Source of the DNA: Malacoraja senta
Lineage: Eukaryota
Direction of reading: 5' to 3'
Assembly: GCA_038087875.1 (NCBI GenBank)
Contig: CM075988.1
Coordinates: 11,162,001 to 11,226,000 of the forward strand
DNA length: 64,000 nt
Shown: positions 26,140 to 37,629 of the stretch, piece by piece
Numbering within the stretch: the first letter of the stretch is position 1
Layout of the letters: each line of letters opens with the position of its first letter
Made by a program: the position numbers and the translations under genes
The notes under the pieces: model-generated
Databases searched by the model: none
Told to the model about the DNA's origin: nothing
Seen by the model: the letters and a program-made list of their open reading frames with translations, nothing else

Positions 26140-26672
26140 GTTCTTACAAATTAGGGCCCCATATCTGAGGAAGGATGTGCTCGCTCTGGAGAGGGTCCAG
26201 AGCAGGACTGCAAGAATGATTCCAGGAATGAGTGGGTGAGCATATGATGAGTGTTGGACAGCACAGGGCCTCTACTCGTTGGAGTTGGAAGGTTAAGGGT
26301 GGACCTCATTGAAATTTACAGAACAATGAAAGGCATAGACAGTGTGAATGTGGAAAGGATGTTTCCACTGGTGGGAGAACCTAGGACCCGGAGGTCATAG
26401 CCTCAGAATTAAAGGGTGCTCTTTTAGAAAGGAGGTGAGGAGCAACTTCTTTAGTCAGATGCTGGTTAATCTGTGGAACTCATGGCCACAGAGGGTTGTG
26501 GAGGCCAAGTCAGTGGATATTTTTAAGGCAGAGATGGACACATTTTTATTAGAATGGGTGTCAGGGTTATGGGGAGAATACGGGAAAATGGGATTAGGAG
26601 GCAGAGATCAGCCATGATTGAATGGTGGAGCAGACTCGATATGCTGAATAGCCTTATTCTACTTCTATAACG
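26140..26672 (+). mobile_element. CR1 LINE 3' fragment (third subfamily)
   Basis: APYLRKDV, GHSLRIKG and VNLWNS motifs; similar to 40640-41245. Confidence 0.88.
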
Positions 26673-26989
26673 TGAAGTTATGAAAGGTGAGTACAGGTGG
26701 TAATCTGTCCACCCATGTAGGCTCGGTTTGTTCCCTGGCCCAGATATTGCACGAGATACAAAAGGATGGTGATGGTTGGAGCAGATCTTTAATAGGTTTG
26801 ATGGACTGGTGATTAAATGCACTGTTTTCCACTGGATGGTTTTGGACCTGCACAATGCTGTTAGAAATGCACATACCACAGCATGTGGTGTATATTCCAT
26901 CCTGATCTGCCTCACTTGCAGTAAAGACTTTGGGTCAAAACATAAAATCTCCCAGGACAATTAGAGTCTTAAAGTGATAGGGTGTGGAA

Positions 26990-27352
26990 TTCCCCATTCC
27001 TCACTGTGATGGAAGGCAATCAAGTTCAAACTTCTTCCCCTTTGTCGTCCCGCGGTCGGGGAAGTCAAACCATCCGCAGTTGTGGCGATCAAACCCCCCG
27101 CAGCCGATGATCGAAGCCCCCATCGGGGTGATTGAAACTGGCCGGCTCCAGGAAAGGCCGCCAAATCCACCATGTTAGGCCGCAGTGGGGACGGAGATAC
27201 GGAAAAAAATTGCATCTCCGTTGAGGTAAGAGATTGAAAAAAAATTCCCCCAACCCCTTCGCATAAAATAAACCAAGGAACACTCAAACATACTTTTTAG
27301 CGCATACAAAATAACAAAAAGAACGAAGGACAGACTGTTGGTGAGGCAGCAG
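26990..27352 (-). mobile_element. GC-rich non-autonomous retroelement fragment
   Basis: Shares gccttccatcacagtgaggaatg with the TSD-flanked, Rex1-tailed insert at 32704-32949. Confidence 0.6.
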
Positions 27353-28487
27353 TCCACAGTTAATTAAAATATTAGATTTCATAATTCAAATCACCTGTGA
27401 GCAAAAAAGCATGTAACAAAACAAGTTTTGATTGATTGCAAACGCAAAGTACAAAATAAATTCATCAAAGATTACACCAATTAAAACAAAACTGAGGCAA
27501 GATTTTTCTTGCTACATGCTCTTTGACATCAATTGCAATTAATTAGTATCTATTTTACTGCTGTTGAATGACATTTGAAGGCTAATCTTACATCTGGAAT
27601 GAAAACACAGGGAATTATTAAGATGCACTTTCTTTTTCTTAAAACTTTGCTCTTCAAATGTTCTCCGTTTACTTTGATGAAGAGCTGCCGGGATGATTTT
27701 TCGCTCCTTTTAATGTCTCCATGTTGCAAACTGGAGCGAAACCACTCTTTTTTTGTATTATAACTTAATTATAAGTACAAATTATAACTTAATTCTAAAT
27801 ACAAATTATAAGCGAATCCATCGCTTGGAATATTTTTTGGTTTTCAGGCACAGTACTGCATCGAATAAGTCTTAGTCACTTTGAAGCCCTATTTGCGATG
27901 TAATTGACAACTGCAAACATTGGGAGGACAGAGGGAAAATTTACATCTGATTTTTTTTTCTTTAAGCTTGGGCTGAAATTGGCAACTTGCTGCAAGGCAG
28001 ATTCCCATGTTCTGCAGTGGACCTGCTGTTAAAGACCTAGCTTCAGAATGAAAGCACATTTTTCTTCTTAAACCTAAGGAACACATTTTATATCGATACC
28101 ACTATGTCAGTCTTTTGATTGTGGGCTGGGACATAAGCGTACCATACAGCAGCCTATTTTACAGTGATGACTATTTACTCAGGAGCCATCTGTTCAAATG
28201 GAGTATCTACAAAAGCAAAACAACAGAATTTGTAGACAAAACTATGGTAAACTCATGCAGTAAAGGGGCTGTCCCACTGCAGTGACCTAATCTGCGAGTT
28301 AAGAAGAGTGTCTTCGACCTTCAAGCCCGAGGGCACTCGCCTGGAAAACATGAGCTGGATCGACCGTCAGCGTTGAAACCGCGAGCTGGATCGACCGACC
28401 GCACACACACAAACACATAGCAAGGCGGGAGCCTGGGAAAGCGGGGGAGCGCTGTCTGAAATTCAGACCCGCGATGAAGAGGAAGGT

Positions 28488-28765
28488 AAAAGACGGCTGC
28501 ACAGTGTACAGTAAGTCCTTTAGAGAACACGGAGGGGAGAGAAGGGGAGAGAAGGGGGGAGAAGGAGTGGAGACACTTTTAAGAAGTATAATAAAGTTTA
28601 GCGGGCATTTAACCTACCGGTCAGTTTTCCTTGGTCCTGAAAACTCGAATGAGCCAATCAAAATGCCCGGTCAGCGAAGGAGATTGCCTACGGCTGCCCT
28701 TGACTGCCTGTAACTAAATAGCGACCCCACTGCACTGCACTGCACTACGAGTTAAAAAGAACCAT
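28488..28765 (+). repeat. 278-bp direct repeat, copy 1 (copy 2 at 29808-30085)
   Basis: Line-by-line comparison gives 277/278 identity; the only difference is 28603 g versus 29923 a. Confidence 0.97.
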
Positions 28766-29807
28766 ACATACAGGGATATCAAAAAATAACTCCTGATTTA
28801 CTAGAAGAAGTAATGAATATAAAAGCTGATACACAAAAATTAATAGCATATTTATATAATAGTATCTTAAATATAGATTTACCTGTGACCGAGGTAATTA
28901 GAGAAGAGTGGGAACGGGAATTATTGATAAAAATTACGAAGGCTACATGGGAAAAGTATTTGACATACATTCACAAGTGTTCGATTAACGCAAGACATAA
29001 TCTAATCCAATTTAAAATTTTACATAGATTATATTACTCAAAAACAAGATTAAATAAATGTTATCCAAATATATCGCCCATTTGCGATAAATGTTTAATC
29101 CAAGAAGCAACTATAACACACTCTTTTGTTTCTTGTATAAAACTTCATGGATTTTGGAGTGATATTTTCGAAATATTTACAAAATTATTTAAGACAAAAA
29201 TGGAACCCAATAATGAATTGATTATATTTGGGGTAATGGAAGACGGGAACAAATTGAGCTCATCTCAAAAGTCAATTTTTAATTATGGTTTAATAATAGC
29301 AAAAAAATTAATATTGAAATTTTGGAAAAATACACCAATACCAACGCTCAAAATGTGGATTGCAAGTATGTTGGATACCGCACATCTTGAGGAAATGCGA
29401 TTCCTCCTAATAGATAAATTTGACCAATTCATAACGAGTTGGTCTCCATTTGTCGTCTTTTTGGAAACGTATGGTGCAAAACAGGTGTAAAAGCTAATCC
29501 GTGACTGCGGATGGTCAAGATTATAAATGATCTCCTTCTATTTTCTTTTCTTCTTTTCTTTTCATTTATTCTCTTTCTTCTATTTTCTATGTCTCAACTT
29601 TCTTATTTCATTCTTTATTTTTCTTTTTCACACACTATATATCTCACATTTTTCTATTTTTCATTATCTAACTTTTTTCTTTTTCTTCTTTATTTCAAAA
29701 AATTTAAAAAATAAGAAGCTGTACATAAAAGGTATTATGAAAATATGATTGTATACAATTGTACTTCTAATAAAATAAAAATATTAAAAAATAAAAATAA
29801 AATAAAA
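28766..29807 (+). mobile_element. 5'-truncated L1-clade LINE with poly(A) tail
   Basis: ORF2 C-terminus, T-rich 3' UTR, AATAAA at 29769 and an A-rich tail; flanked by a 278-bp direct repeat. Confidence 0.92.
28813..29490 (+). pseudogene. L1 ORF2 C-terminal domain with CCHC zinc knuckle (225 aa, no RT core)
   Basis: QFKILHRLY, CDKCLIQEATITHSFVSC (CX2CX8HX4C) and AKKLILKFWK. Confidence 0.9.
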
Positions 29808-30279
29808 AAAAGACGGCTGCACAGTGTACAGTAAGTCCTTTAGAGAACACGGAGGGGAGAGAAGGGGAGAGAAGGGGGGAGAAGGAGTGGAGACACTTTT
29901 AAGAAGTATAATAAAGTTTAGCAGGCATTTAACCTACCGGTCAGTTTTCCTTGGTCCTGAAAACTCGAATGAGCCAATCAAAATGCCCGGTCAGCGAAGG
30001 AGATTGCCTACGGCTGCCCTTGACTGCCTGTAACTAAATAGCGACCCCACTGCACTGCACTGCACTACGAGTTAAAAAGAACCATGCCGACCAAATATTA
30101 CTCGCGGTAAATGTTTCAACATGATGAAAAAATATCTGCGACCTAGCTAAGGCCGCGAGTATTTGGGAACTTCCCTCGAGCATGAAGGAAAGTTCCAGTG
30201 ACCTCATAGGACCTCCTAGGACCATGTGTCGACCTTGCTGCGAGTTTGAATCGAGGGAAAACTCGTCTAAACTCACAGA

Positions 30280-30548
30280 GGAAAAGATTTAATAGGGATC
30301 TGAGGGGTAACATTTTCACACAAAGGGCGGTGGGTGTATGGAACAAGCTGCCAGAGGAGGTAGTTGAGGCAGGGACTATTTCAATGTTTAAGAAATAGTT
30401 CGACAGGTACATGGATAGGAAAGGTTTGGAGGGATATGCACCAAGCGCAGGCAGGTGGGATCAGTGTAGCTGGGACATGTTGGCCGGTGTGGGCAAGTTG
30501 GGCTGAAGGGCCTGTTTCCACACTGTATCAATCTATGACTCTGTGACT
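30280..30548 (+). mobile_element. HER1/CR1-type LINE 3' end
   Basis: Same family as 11390-11843 and 41300-41530. Confidence 0.85.
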
Positions 30549-32197
30549 TCACTAGTAACATGCAATGAATGGAGATAGACACGTATTATTTATTATTATC
30601 ACATATGCTGAGATACAGTGAAGAGCTTTGCTTTCTGTGCTATCCAGGCAGTTCATGCCATTACTGCAATCATACTGGGCATGAGTGCAACGGGTAGTGC
30701 AATAGAGAAAATAAACAGATGTAGTATGTAGTGTTGCAGCTACAGAGAAAGTGCAGATGAGAAGAAAAAGTGCAATAGCTGCAACAAGGACAGATATGAA
30801 CAGATTCATTTTCCAGCATAATATGGTCAGTCGAGGTTGGTTACACCATAGGTATGAAATGGTTCACTGTCACAGCTGAGCTGTGTCTTGACAGGAATTG
30901 CCTATTTGTCTTCATTGTGCTCAAAACAGTGGTACACATTCAGCTTTAAAGTGAAGCAAACTGTTTCAGGACCATGGAGAGTACCATTTCAGATCAACTA
31001 CAATTGAATGCCATAAAAGACTGAGGGTGTTTTTGCATTTCCTTTTCATGCCAGCTATTTAATTATCCACTGTTGTTCATAACTCTTCTCGTAAAGCTGC
31101 AGAGCTTTGGTTTAATATGTTGGTTGTGGGATCACTTAGCCACATCTGAAGAAGGTTCGCGACCCAAAACATCACCTATTCATGTTCTCCAGAGATGCCG
31201 CTTGACCCGTTGAGTTAATGCAGCACTTTGTGTCCCTTTTGTGAAGGCTGAATGTACTAACTCTGTACAGACGGCACCCGTAGAGTTAACATTTAAGAGT
31301 TAACTTTTGAGCAATAAAATTGTCTTGGAAAGCTTCATGGGTTGGTGTCTCACCAGGGCAGAGGAAGATATTGTAGCTATGGATGTTGGCAGTTATTTAT
31401 CTCAATCCCAGGACTCATTGCTCTCCTTGGCCCAAACATCTTCAGCAACTTAATTATTAATGACATTCTCTTCCTCCTAAAGTCAGAGCCGTGAATGTTT
31501 GACAATGATTGTACAATGCTCAGTTCAATAACAGCCCAAGAACAACCCCTGCCTGCATGCAGCAAGACCATGGTAACGTTTGAGCAAAGACACGATAAGT
31601 GGAAACATTTAGCAAACAGCACAATGCTGAAATATTGTCCATTTAAATCATCAGTGTTGCTCTGACATTTTTAGATCACATAATAACAACTTACTGCCCT
31701 GGTTCTATATTGAAACATTGTGCCAAATAGATAGCAAGACAAATTATATATAACATGCAAATGACTTAAAATGGGAATCAATTTCCAGGTCAAATGATAA
31801 TGCACCTAAAATCTAATTGCATTGCATTTATTTCTGTTGAAAATATTGCAAGAAAGATTGCATGTTCATAAATATTTCAGTTTCGGCACTTGTAATATTA
31901 AGTAGATTGTAATTTGTAGAGTGTTTCGCAATTTGCTGTTGTTGTCCACTTTCAATTTACTAATACCTGTTCTTGTTGGTGTACCTATCTATTCTATTAA
32001 TAGTCATGTAGGGGCTTGTTGTGTCAATATCATGATTCACATTAATTATAATACATTGAATTATCTAATGGCAGTTAAAGGGCCTGTCCCACTAACGCGA
32101 CATTTCAGCGACTGTCTTCGACCTTTAAGCTCGAGGGCACTCTCCTGAAACCTCGAGCTGGATCTACCATCAGCGATTAAACCGCAAGCTCGATCGG

Positions 32198-32210
32198 GCG
32201 CGTGTGCATG

Positions 32211-32287
<77 letters not shown>

Positions 32288-32337
32288 GCACGCGCGCGCG
32301 CACACGCACATGCACATGCACACGCACACGCACACAC
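32198..32337. repeat. Compound (CA)n/(CG)n microsatellite
   Basis: Directly visible alternating purine-pyrimidine tract of about 140 bp. Confidence 0.97.
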
Positions 32338-32703
32338 CTCATATTCGTAGCATGGTCGACACGTGGTCCGAGGAGGTCTTTGTAACTCTCCTTCCTGCGT
32401 ACTCGAGGCATCAGCATGGTCGCGGCATGTTTTTCAACTTGTTGAAAAATGCCCGCGAGTAAAAAATGGTCGCCATGGCAAAAATCAATGCTTTTTTCTC
32501 GTAGGTTTAGTCGGTAGGTCGAAGTAAGTCAGCATGTTATTCGTAGGTAATCAAGGGTAGTCGAAGGTAATCAAAGGTAGTCAAAGGTAGTCATAGATAG
32601 TCTTCAACATAGTCGAAGGGAGGTCGAAGGAGGTTGTCTTCACTCCCCACTATTCGGAGTCCAATTTTCCCGAAGCTATTCGTAGCTAGTCTTCAACATA
32701 GTC

Positions 32704-32949
32704 GCCGCCGGAGGAGGGAGATGGGGGGCTCGAGGCCCATGACTGAGGAAGAACAAGAAGGGAAGAAATTGAACGTTATTTTCGCCTTCCATCACAGTGA
32801 GGAATGTGTAGGAGTCACTGTGATGGATGTTTATGTCAAAATGTGTTTTTGAGTCTGTTGCTTTTTAAAATTGTATGACTGACCTGGCCAGTGAATTTCA
32901 CTACACCAATTGGTGTATGTGACAATAAATGAACCTTATGAACCTTATG
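32704..32949 (+). mobile_element. Short retroelement with Rex1-type tail and 9-bp TSD
   Basis: Ends in tgtgacaataaa(tgaacctta)2; aacatagtc at 32695-32703 and 32950-32958. Confidence 0.75.
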
Positions 32950-33419
32950 AACATAGTCAAAGGACGTCTTCTACATAGTCGAAGGAGGTCTTCAACATGA
33001 CATTTTTTTCAAACTCTCCTAAACTCGCGAATTAGTTTGCTGCAGTGGGACAGCCTCTTATGCATGTGCATGGTAGATCTGCATTACTTTGATATGAAAC
33101 ATTAATTGTGGAAGTTGGAATAACTTTCGCGACCCAAAACATGCGCATGTTAAATATTTTGTTCCAGATACATCAAAGTTGGAATAACTTTGATGTATCT
33201 GGAACAAAATATTTAAATGTTTTGCAAAATTTAACATGCGCATGTGGTCCTGTCATGTTGATCCAGTCTTAGCTCTTAATATTTTTAGAGATATATGGTG
33301 CTGTTCCTGGTATTCACTCTCAGACTCCTGTGTGATCCAGAATTAGTACCCTGTTTTACTGACAGTGGTGAAATGTGAGATATCGGAGTTTGAATTTACA
33401 CGGTTTGCACAGCTCTGAA

Positions 33420-33760
33420 CTCATCTGTTTCCCTCATTAGAGAAGAAGGAATGTCCAAGGTGTAAGTGATTGTTCATTATGTTGACTGCTTTCCTGGGCA
33501 ACATGAAGTAGAGATGGAATGGATTGGGGGGCAGGGGAAGGGGGAGTTGTTGGTGGTGTGGGATGGGTGAGGTGTGGCTGGTTTGTGTGATGGACAGGAT
33601 TACAGTGTTGTTGCCAAACCAAGATGTGATATATTTCAATAGAAATATTAGCTGGTGCATCTGTAGAAGTTGATATCACTGCTGGAGACACGCTGAACTT
33701 CTTTGGTCTTCTGAAGAAATAGAGGCATTTGGGGTGTGGTGGAGGCTGGGAGGTAATAAG
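33420..33760 (-). mobile_element. Decayed Rex1-type ORF C-terminal fragment
   Basis: CLYFFRRPKKF, NFYRCT and ITSWFGN across frames. Confidence 0.7.
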
Positions 33761-34374
33761 TAGAACCAATAGAGGCTGTTGGCCAGATTAAACCAGGTTG
33801 AGTGTGAATCTGGGAGGTAATAGATGGAGCCACATCAGATGAGGCTAATGGGTAATGGAAGTAGATGTTGGTTCCATTAGTGGTGCTGGGAGGCAGCAGA
33901 TGCCAGTAGGTGACAGATTAAACCACATGGGGAAGGGATAAAGAGTAGATGGAAATAAGATTTTGTTTTCATGTTGTCACGTTGACAAAGGTGTCTAATT
34001 AAATCAGATTATATTATATATGAATATACTTAGGCATACACAAGTACAAATGGTAGCGAGAATAGAAAACATAGCAGAGTGCAGAATATAGTTTCTCAAC
34101 AGTTCCAGAGAAAAAAGTCCAATGTTCGCAATGAGATAGGTTGGGCAATCGGTTCTGCGCTCCAGCTTATGGAAGGACCATGCAGAAGTCAGATAATGTA
34201 GAGGAAGAAACAGGTAGGGAGGGAAAAGGAGGGATGGATAAACCTAGAGGAAAACTAGGTGAACGGGTGACTGTATTGAAGGAAAGCACCTGAAATGTAG
34301 GTTACTTGAAATGGGAAAATACAACATTTGTACCATGGGGTTGCAAACTACCAAGTGGAATATGAGATGTTGTT

Positions 34375-34482
34375 CAAAGTTAGTCCTCGGTCTGAAGAAG
34401 AGTCTCAACTCAAAACCTCAAATCCATGTTCTCCAGAGATGCTGCCTGACCCATTGAGTTACTCCAACGCTTTGTGTCCTTT
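34375..34482 (+). mobile_element. Penelope-derived mini-unit with 14-bp TSD, inserted into an older Penelope endonuclease remnant
   Basis: tatgagatgttgtt at 34361-34374 and 34483-34496. Confidence 0.75.
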
Positions 34483-34554
34483 TATGAGATGTTGTTTGTC
34501 TGATTTGCATTTGGCCTCTCAATATTTAGATTTTCAACCTAGCAACTATCTCTG

Positions 34555-34697
34555 GCTTCTTCTATTTCTTGCGTATGGCGTGCACAGCCTAAAGTTGTAG
34601 GACAACGTGTTCTATTAGATGTATTTGTTTGCGCACGTCGGGTTGATTGCATTAGTCGAAACAGATGGACCACGTGAAGGTTGCAATCTCCCACCCC
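34555..34697 (-). mobile_element. 143-nt non-autonomous retroelement (Ingi/Vingi-like tail) with 10-bp TSD
   Basis: actatctctg at 34545-34554 and 34698-34707; 3' end gccatacgcaagaaatagaagaag; no tRNA A or B boxes. Confidence 0.85.
34645..34697 (-). ncRNA. Candidate minimal HDV-like (CPEB3-like) self-cleaving ribozyme
   Basis: GGGGUGG GA GAUUGCA ACC UUCACGU GGU CCAUCU GU UUCGA CUAA UGCAAUC maps to P1, P2, P3/L3, P1', P1.1, stub P4, J4/2 with C, and P2'. Confidence 0.8.
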
Positions 34698-34789
34698 ACT
34701 ATCTCTGTAATGATGACCACTAACCATATTTCAGGATTATGAAAAATCCTTCCCAATAGTCTGACAGAAAAGAGCAAGACAGGTCAACA

Positions 34790-34885
34790 GTGTCCGAAGA
34801 AGGGTCTCGACCCGAAACATCAACTATTCCTTTTCTACAGAGATGCTGTCTGACCCACTGAGTTACCTTAGCTTTTTGTGTCAAC
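34790..34885 (+). mobile_element. Penelope-derived short unit
   Basis: gtccgaagaagggtctcgacccgaaac...gagttac. Confidence 0.75.
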
Positions 34886-35313
34886 CGTACATGAAATTAC
34901 CAGTTTAAGTCACTGAGGCATTGTAACGGGATGGAGAAATCTGATTGAAACTGCTTTAATGACTTGATTTTGCTTTAAATCAGCAGGGGGTAATGAGTTG
35001 CAAACTAGTTATTGAGCTGACTGTGGTAGTAAAATGCTGCAGTCTAAACAATGCATTTGTAATTGATTCCTTGGGTAAAGACAAAGAGTCAGTTTGTTTG
35101 CCTGATATGGGTACTTGTATCACTGAGATTAATTAATCAGCTTGGTCTTCAGATCAGAAAGCCATGGATCTTTCAGAATTTTGCCTTCCTTAATTTTCTA
35201 CCCACCAGCAAAATTTCCTCCTAAAGATTGGCCACCATTGTAGAAGTATGCAGCATTTTATTGCAGTTATTTTGAAATGGAAAGAAAACATTGCTATTTG
35301 GAAAAAAACATCC

Positions 35314-35592
35314 AGCAAGAAGGGTTTCGGCCGGAAACTTTGCCTATTGTATTTTAAACTTCGCTCCATTGATGCTGCCGCACCCGCTGAGTTTCTCCAG
35401 CACTTTTGACTACCTTCGATTTTCCAGCATCTGCAGTTCCTTCTTCAGCATTTACTCCACTGTATCTCCCATAGAATGAATCTGGCAAGAACAGAACTGA
35501 AGGGCACAAAGTGGTGGAATAACTCAGCTGGTCAGACAGCATCTCTGGAGAACATAGATAAATGCCATTTTGGGTCGAGACCCTTCTTCCTC
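35314..35592. mobile_element. Two Penelope-derived short units in opposite orientation
   Basis: Plus unit at about 35314-35448 and minus unit at about 35500-35592. Confidence 0.7.
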
Positions 35593-35900
35593 CAGAACTG
35601 CCCCTTTAGATTTGAATTATCTGTTCTGACAATTGAATTTTCATATCTAACCATTGCATCCCTCAAACTGTAATCACTCATAAAATAAAATCGAGGAAAA
35701 ACTGCTGATGTAGGAAATATAAAAATAGAAAATGCTGGAAATACTTAGTGGATCAGGCAGCATCTGTGGGAGGAGAAACAGTTAACATTTCAGGTTCAGA
35801 ATGCTTCCTTTTGGGGCGAAGAATAAAGTGTAACTGTGAACCATGACATTTTTGAGATGGAGTAAATGAGTGTTGTTGCAGAACAAGGTTGTGCATGAAA

Positions 35901-36110
35901 TGTGTAGGAAGGAATTGCAGGTGCTGGTTTACACCGAAGATAGAAACAAAATGCTTCAGTAACTCAATGGGGCAGGCAGCATCTCTGGATAGAAGGAACG
36001 GGTGATGTTTAGGGTTGAGACAGAAGGGTCAAGACTCAAAATGTCACCCATTCCTTCCATCCAGAGATGCTGCCTGTCCCGCTGAGTTACTCCAGCCTTT
36101 TGTGCCTATT
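35901..36110. mobile_element. Penelope-derived foldback unit
   Basis: Inverted arms ggcaggcagcatctctggat ... atccagagatgctgcctgtcc. Confidence 0.8.
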
Positions 36111-36414
36111 TAAGGAAATACATGACCTTGAATTAAATGATGGATCCAAGAACATTATGAGAACTCTATCTTCAGAAGGACTGGACAGTTGGAACATACT
36201 TGTGATCCTGAGTTGCTCCATGTTGTAAAAAGTTCCTGGAAATCATCACGGTTTCTTCTTCCTTGGACTTTGTCTGACTTGCTGAGTGTTTCCAGCATTT
36301 CTCTTTGTATTTGTAATCTCTGGTCGTAGGTTAACTTTGTCACATTTGGGTTATTTGGTTCGCTGCTGCCATTTAGTGGTGGTAAAAGGACATTTTGTTT
36401 ACCAAATGATTTAA

Positions 36415-36732
36415 TTTACTTTGGAGATACAGTCTGGAAACAAGCCCTTCGACCCACCATGTCTGTGCCGACCATCGACCACCCGTTCACACTAGCTCTG
36501 TGTTATCCCACTTTCTCATCCACTCCCTACACACTAGGGGCAATTCAGAGAGGGAAATTAACCCACAAACCCACAAGTCTTTGCTGTGTGGGAGGAAACC
36601 GGAGCACCCGGAGGAAACCTACGTGCTCACAGGGAGAATGTGTAAAATCCACATAGACATCGCCCGAGGTCAGGATCAAACCCGGGTCTCTGGTGCTGTG
36701 AGACAGCTGCTCTGCTAGCTGCACCACTATGT
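36415..36732 (-). mobile_element. HE1-type SINE
   Basis: Full-length match to the other copies. Confidence 0.87.
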
Positions 36733-37629
36733 TGCTCAAGTGATAGTTGAGTCTTTAATGCTGATCAGATTGAGAAATAATGGCATTGTTTTATCTTCAA
36801 TTTTGGCAACACGTCTAAAACTGAGATTGATTAAGAAAAATTGATGATGATTGGTGTTAGCACAATTGGCAATACTGAAAACAAGCTATGTACCTACAAT
36901 GTCAATTTGAAAGTGCATGTACAAAGTTAATTCCTGTAAAGACAATTTTTGCATTGATTTCCCCACAGTTTTGATGAGATTGGTTAGTTTAACATCATGG
37001 ATATGCAGGGTATGGAGGGATATGGTTTATGTGCTGGTAGACGAGTAGTTTATCTTGGTATGATATTCGGCAAGGAGATTGTTCCTGTGCTGTACTTTTC
37101 TTTGTTGTTAAATTACTGGCAACCAGATTAAGAAACACAGTTGATATGATGTTGATAGCAAGATAAGTGATCCACCCTGAGATTTTGGGAAGAGGGAAAT
37201 ACAAATGGACACTATCAGGAAAAAGTGGTATAAAGTTGTGTACAGTTTTGTGTCTACATGGACAAGTGTTTGATTATTACATCCTCTGAAAAGGATTTAT
37301 CTTTCAATTGATATGATTCAGATGAAGCTCCAAAGATTTTTGTGACTCTTTCAAATACTTTCATCCTGTTAGTTGTCCACAGCATAGTGTATTTTGCAAG
37401 TGAGAAGATTAAAGTTCATAGAGAAACAGACAAATCCCCTAAAGGTTTAAATATCACTCAGTGGATTAGTTAAGACAAGGATCATCTGTGCTCTGATAAA
37501 AGGATATACATTTGAAATATTGACTGTGCTTCTAATTCCACAAATGCCGCCAAACCTGTGGAATATTTTCAATATTTTTGTTTTCTACTTCCAATTTCCA
37601 GCATCTCATTTTTTTGCATTTGACTTAAA

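Larger units (their letters stand above)
28264..30279. mobile_element. MITE-like non-autonomous DNA transposon hosting an L1 insertion; distal end of right TIR missing
   Basis: Left TIR aggggctgtcccactgcag after taa; 30260-30279 matches the inner part of the TIR in reverse. Superfamily (Harbinger or Kolobok) is uncertain. Confidence 0.7.
32079..33058. mobile_element. MITE or composite of the same family as 28264, with internal microsatellite and nested retroelement
   Basis: TIRs agggcctgtcccact (32079-32093) and agtgggacagcctct (33044-33058); 32105-32195 is homologous to 28309-28395. Confidence 0.75.

Noticed and set aside
27759..27811. 24-bp AT-rich tandem duplication
   Set aside because: This is an ordinary slippage-type duplication with no further structure.
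28488..30085. LTR retrotransposon or TRIM suggested by two 278-bp direct repeats
   Set aside because: There are no TG...CA ends or obvious PBS, the interior is an L1 ORF2 tail with poly(A), and the repeat is an internal slice of the surrounding MITE.
32470..32700. CRISPR-like array of short repeats (ggtagtc.aag, tcttcaacatagtcg)
   Set aside because: These are degenerate subterminal MITE repeats with no constant repeat or unique spacers, in a vertebrate context without cas genes.
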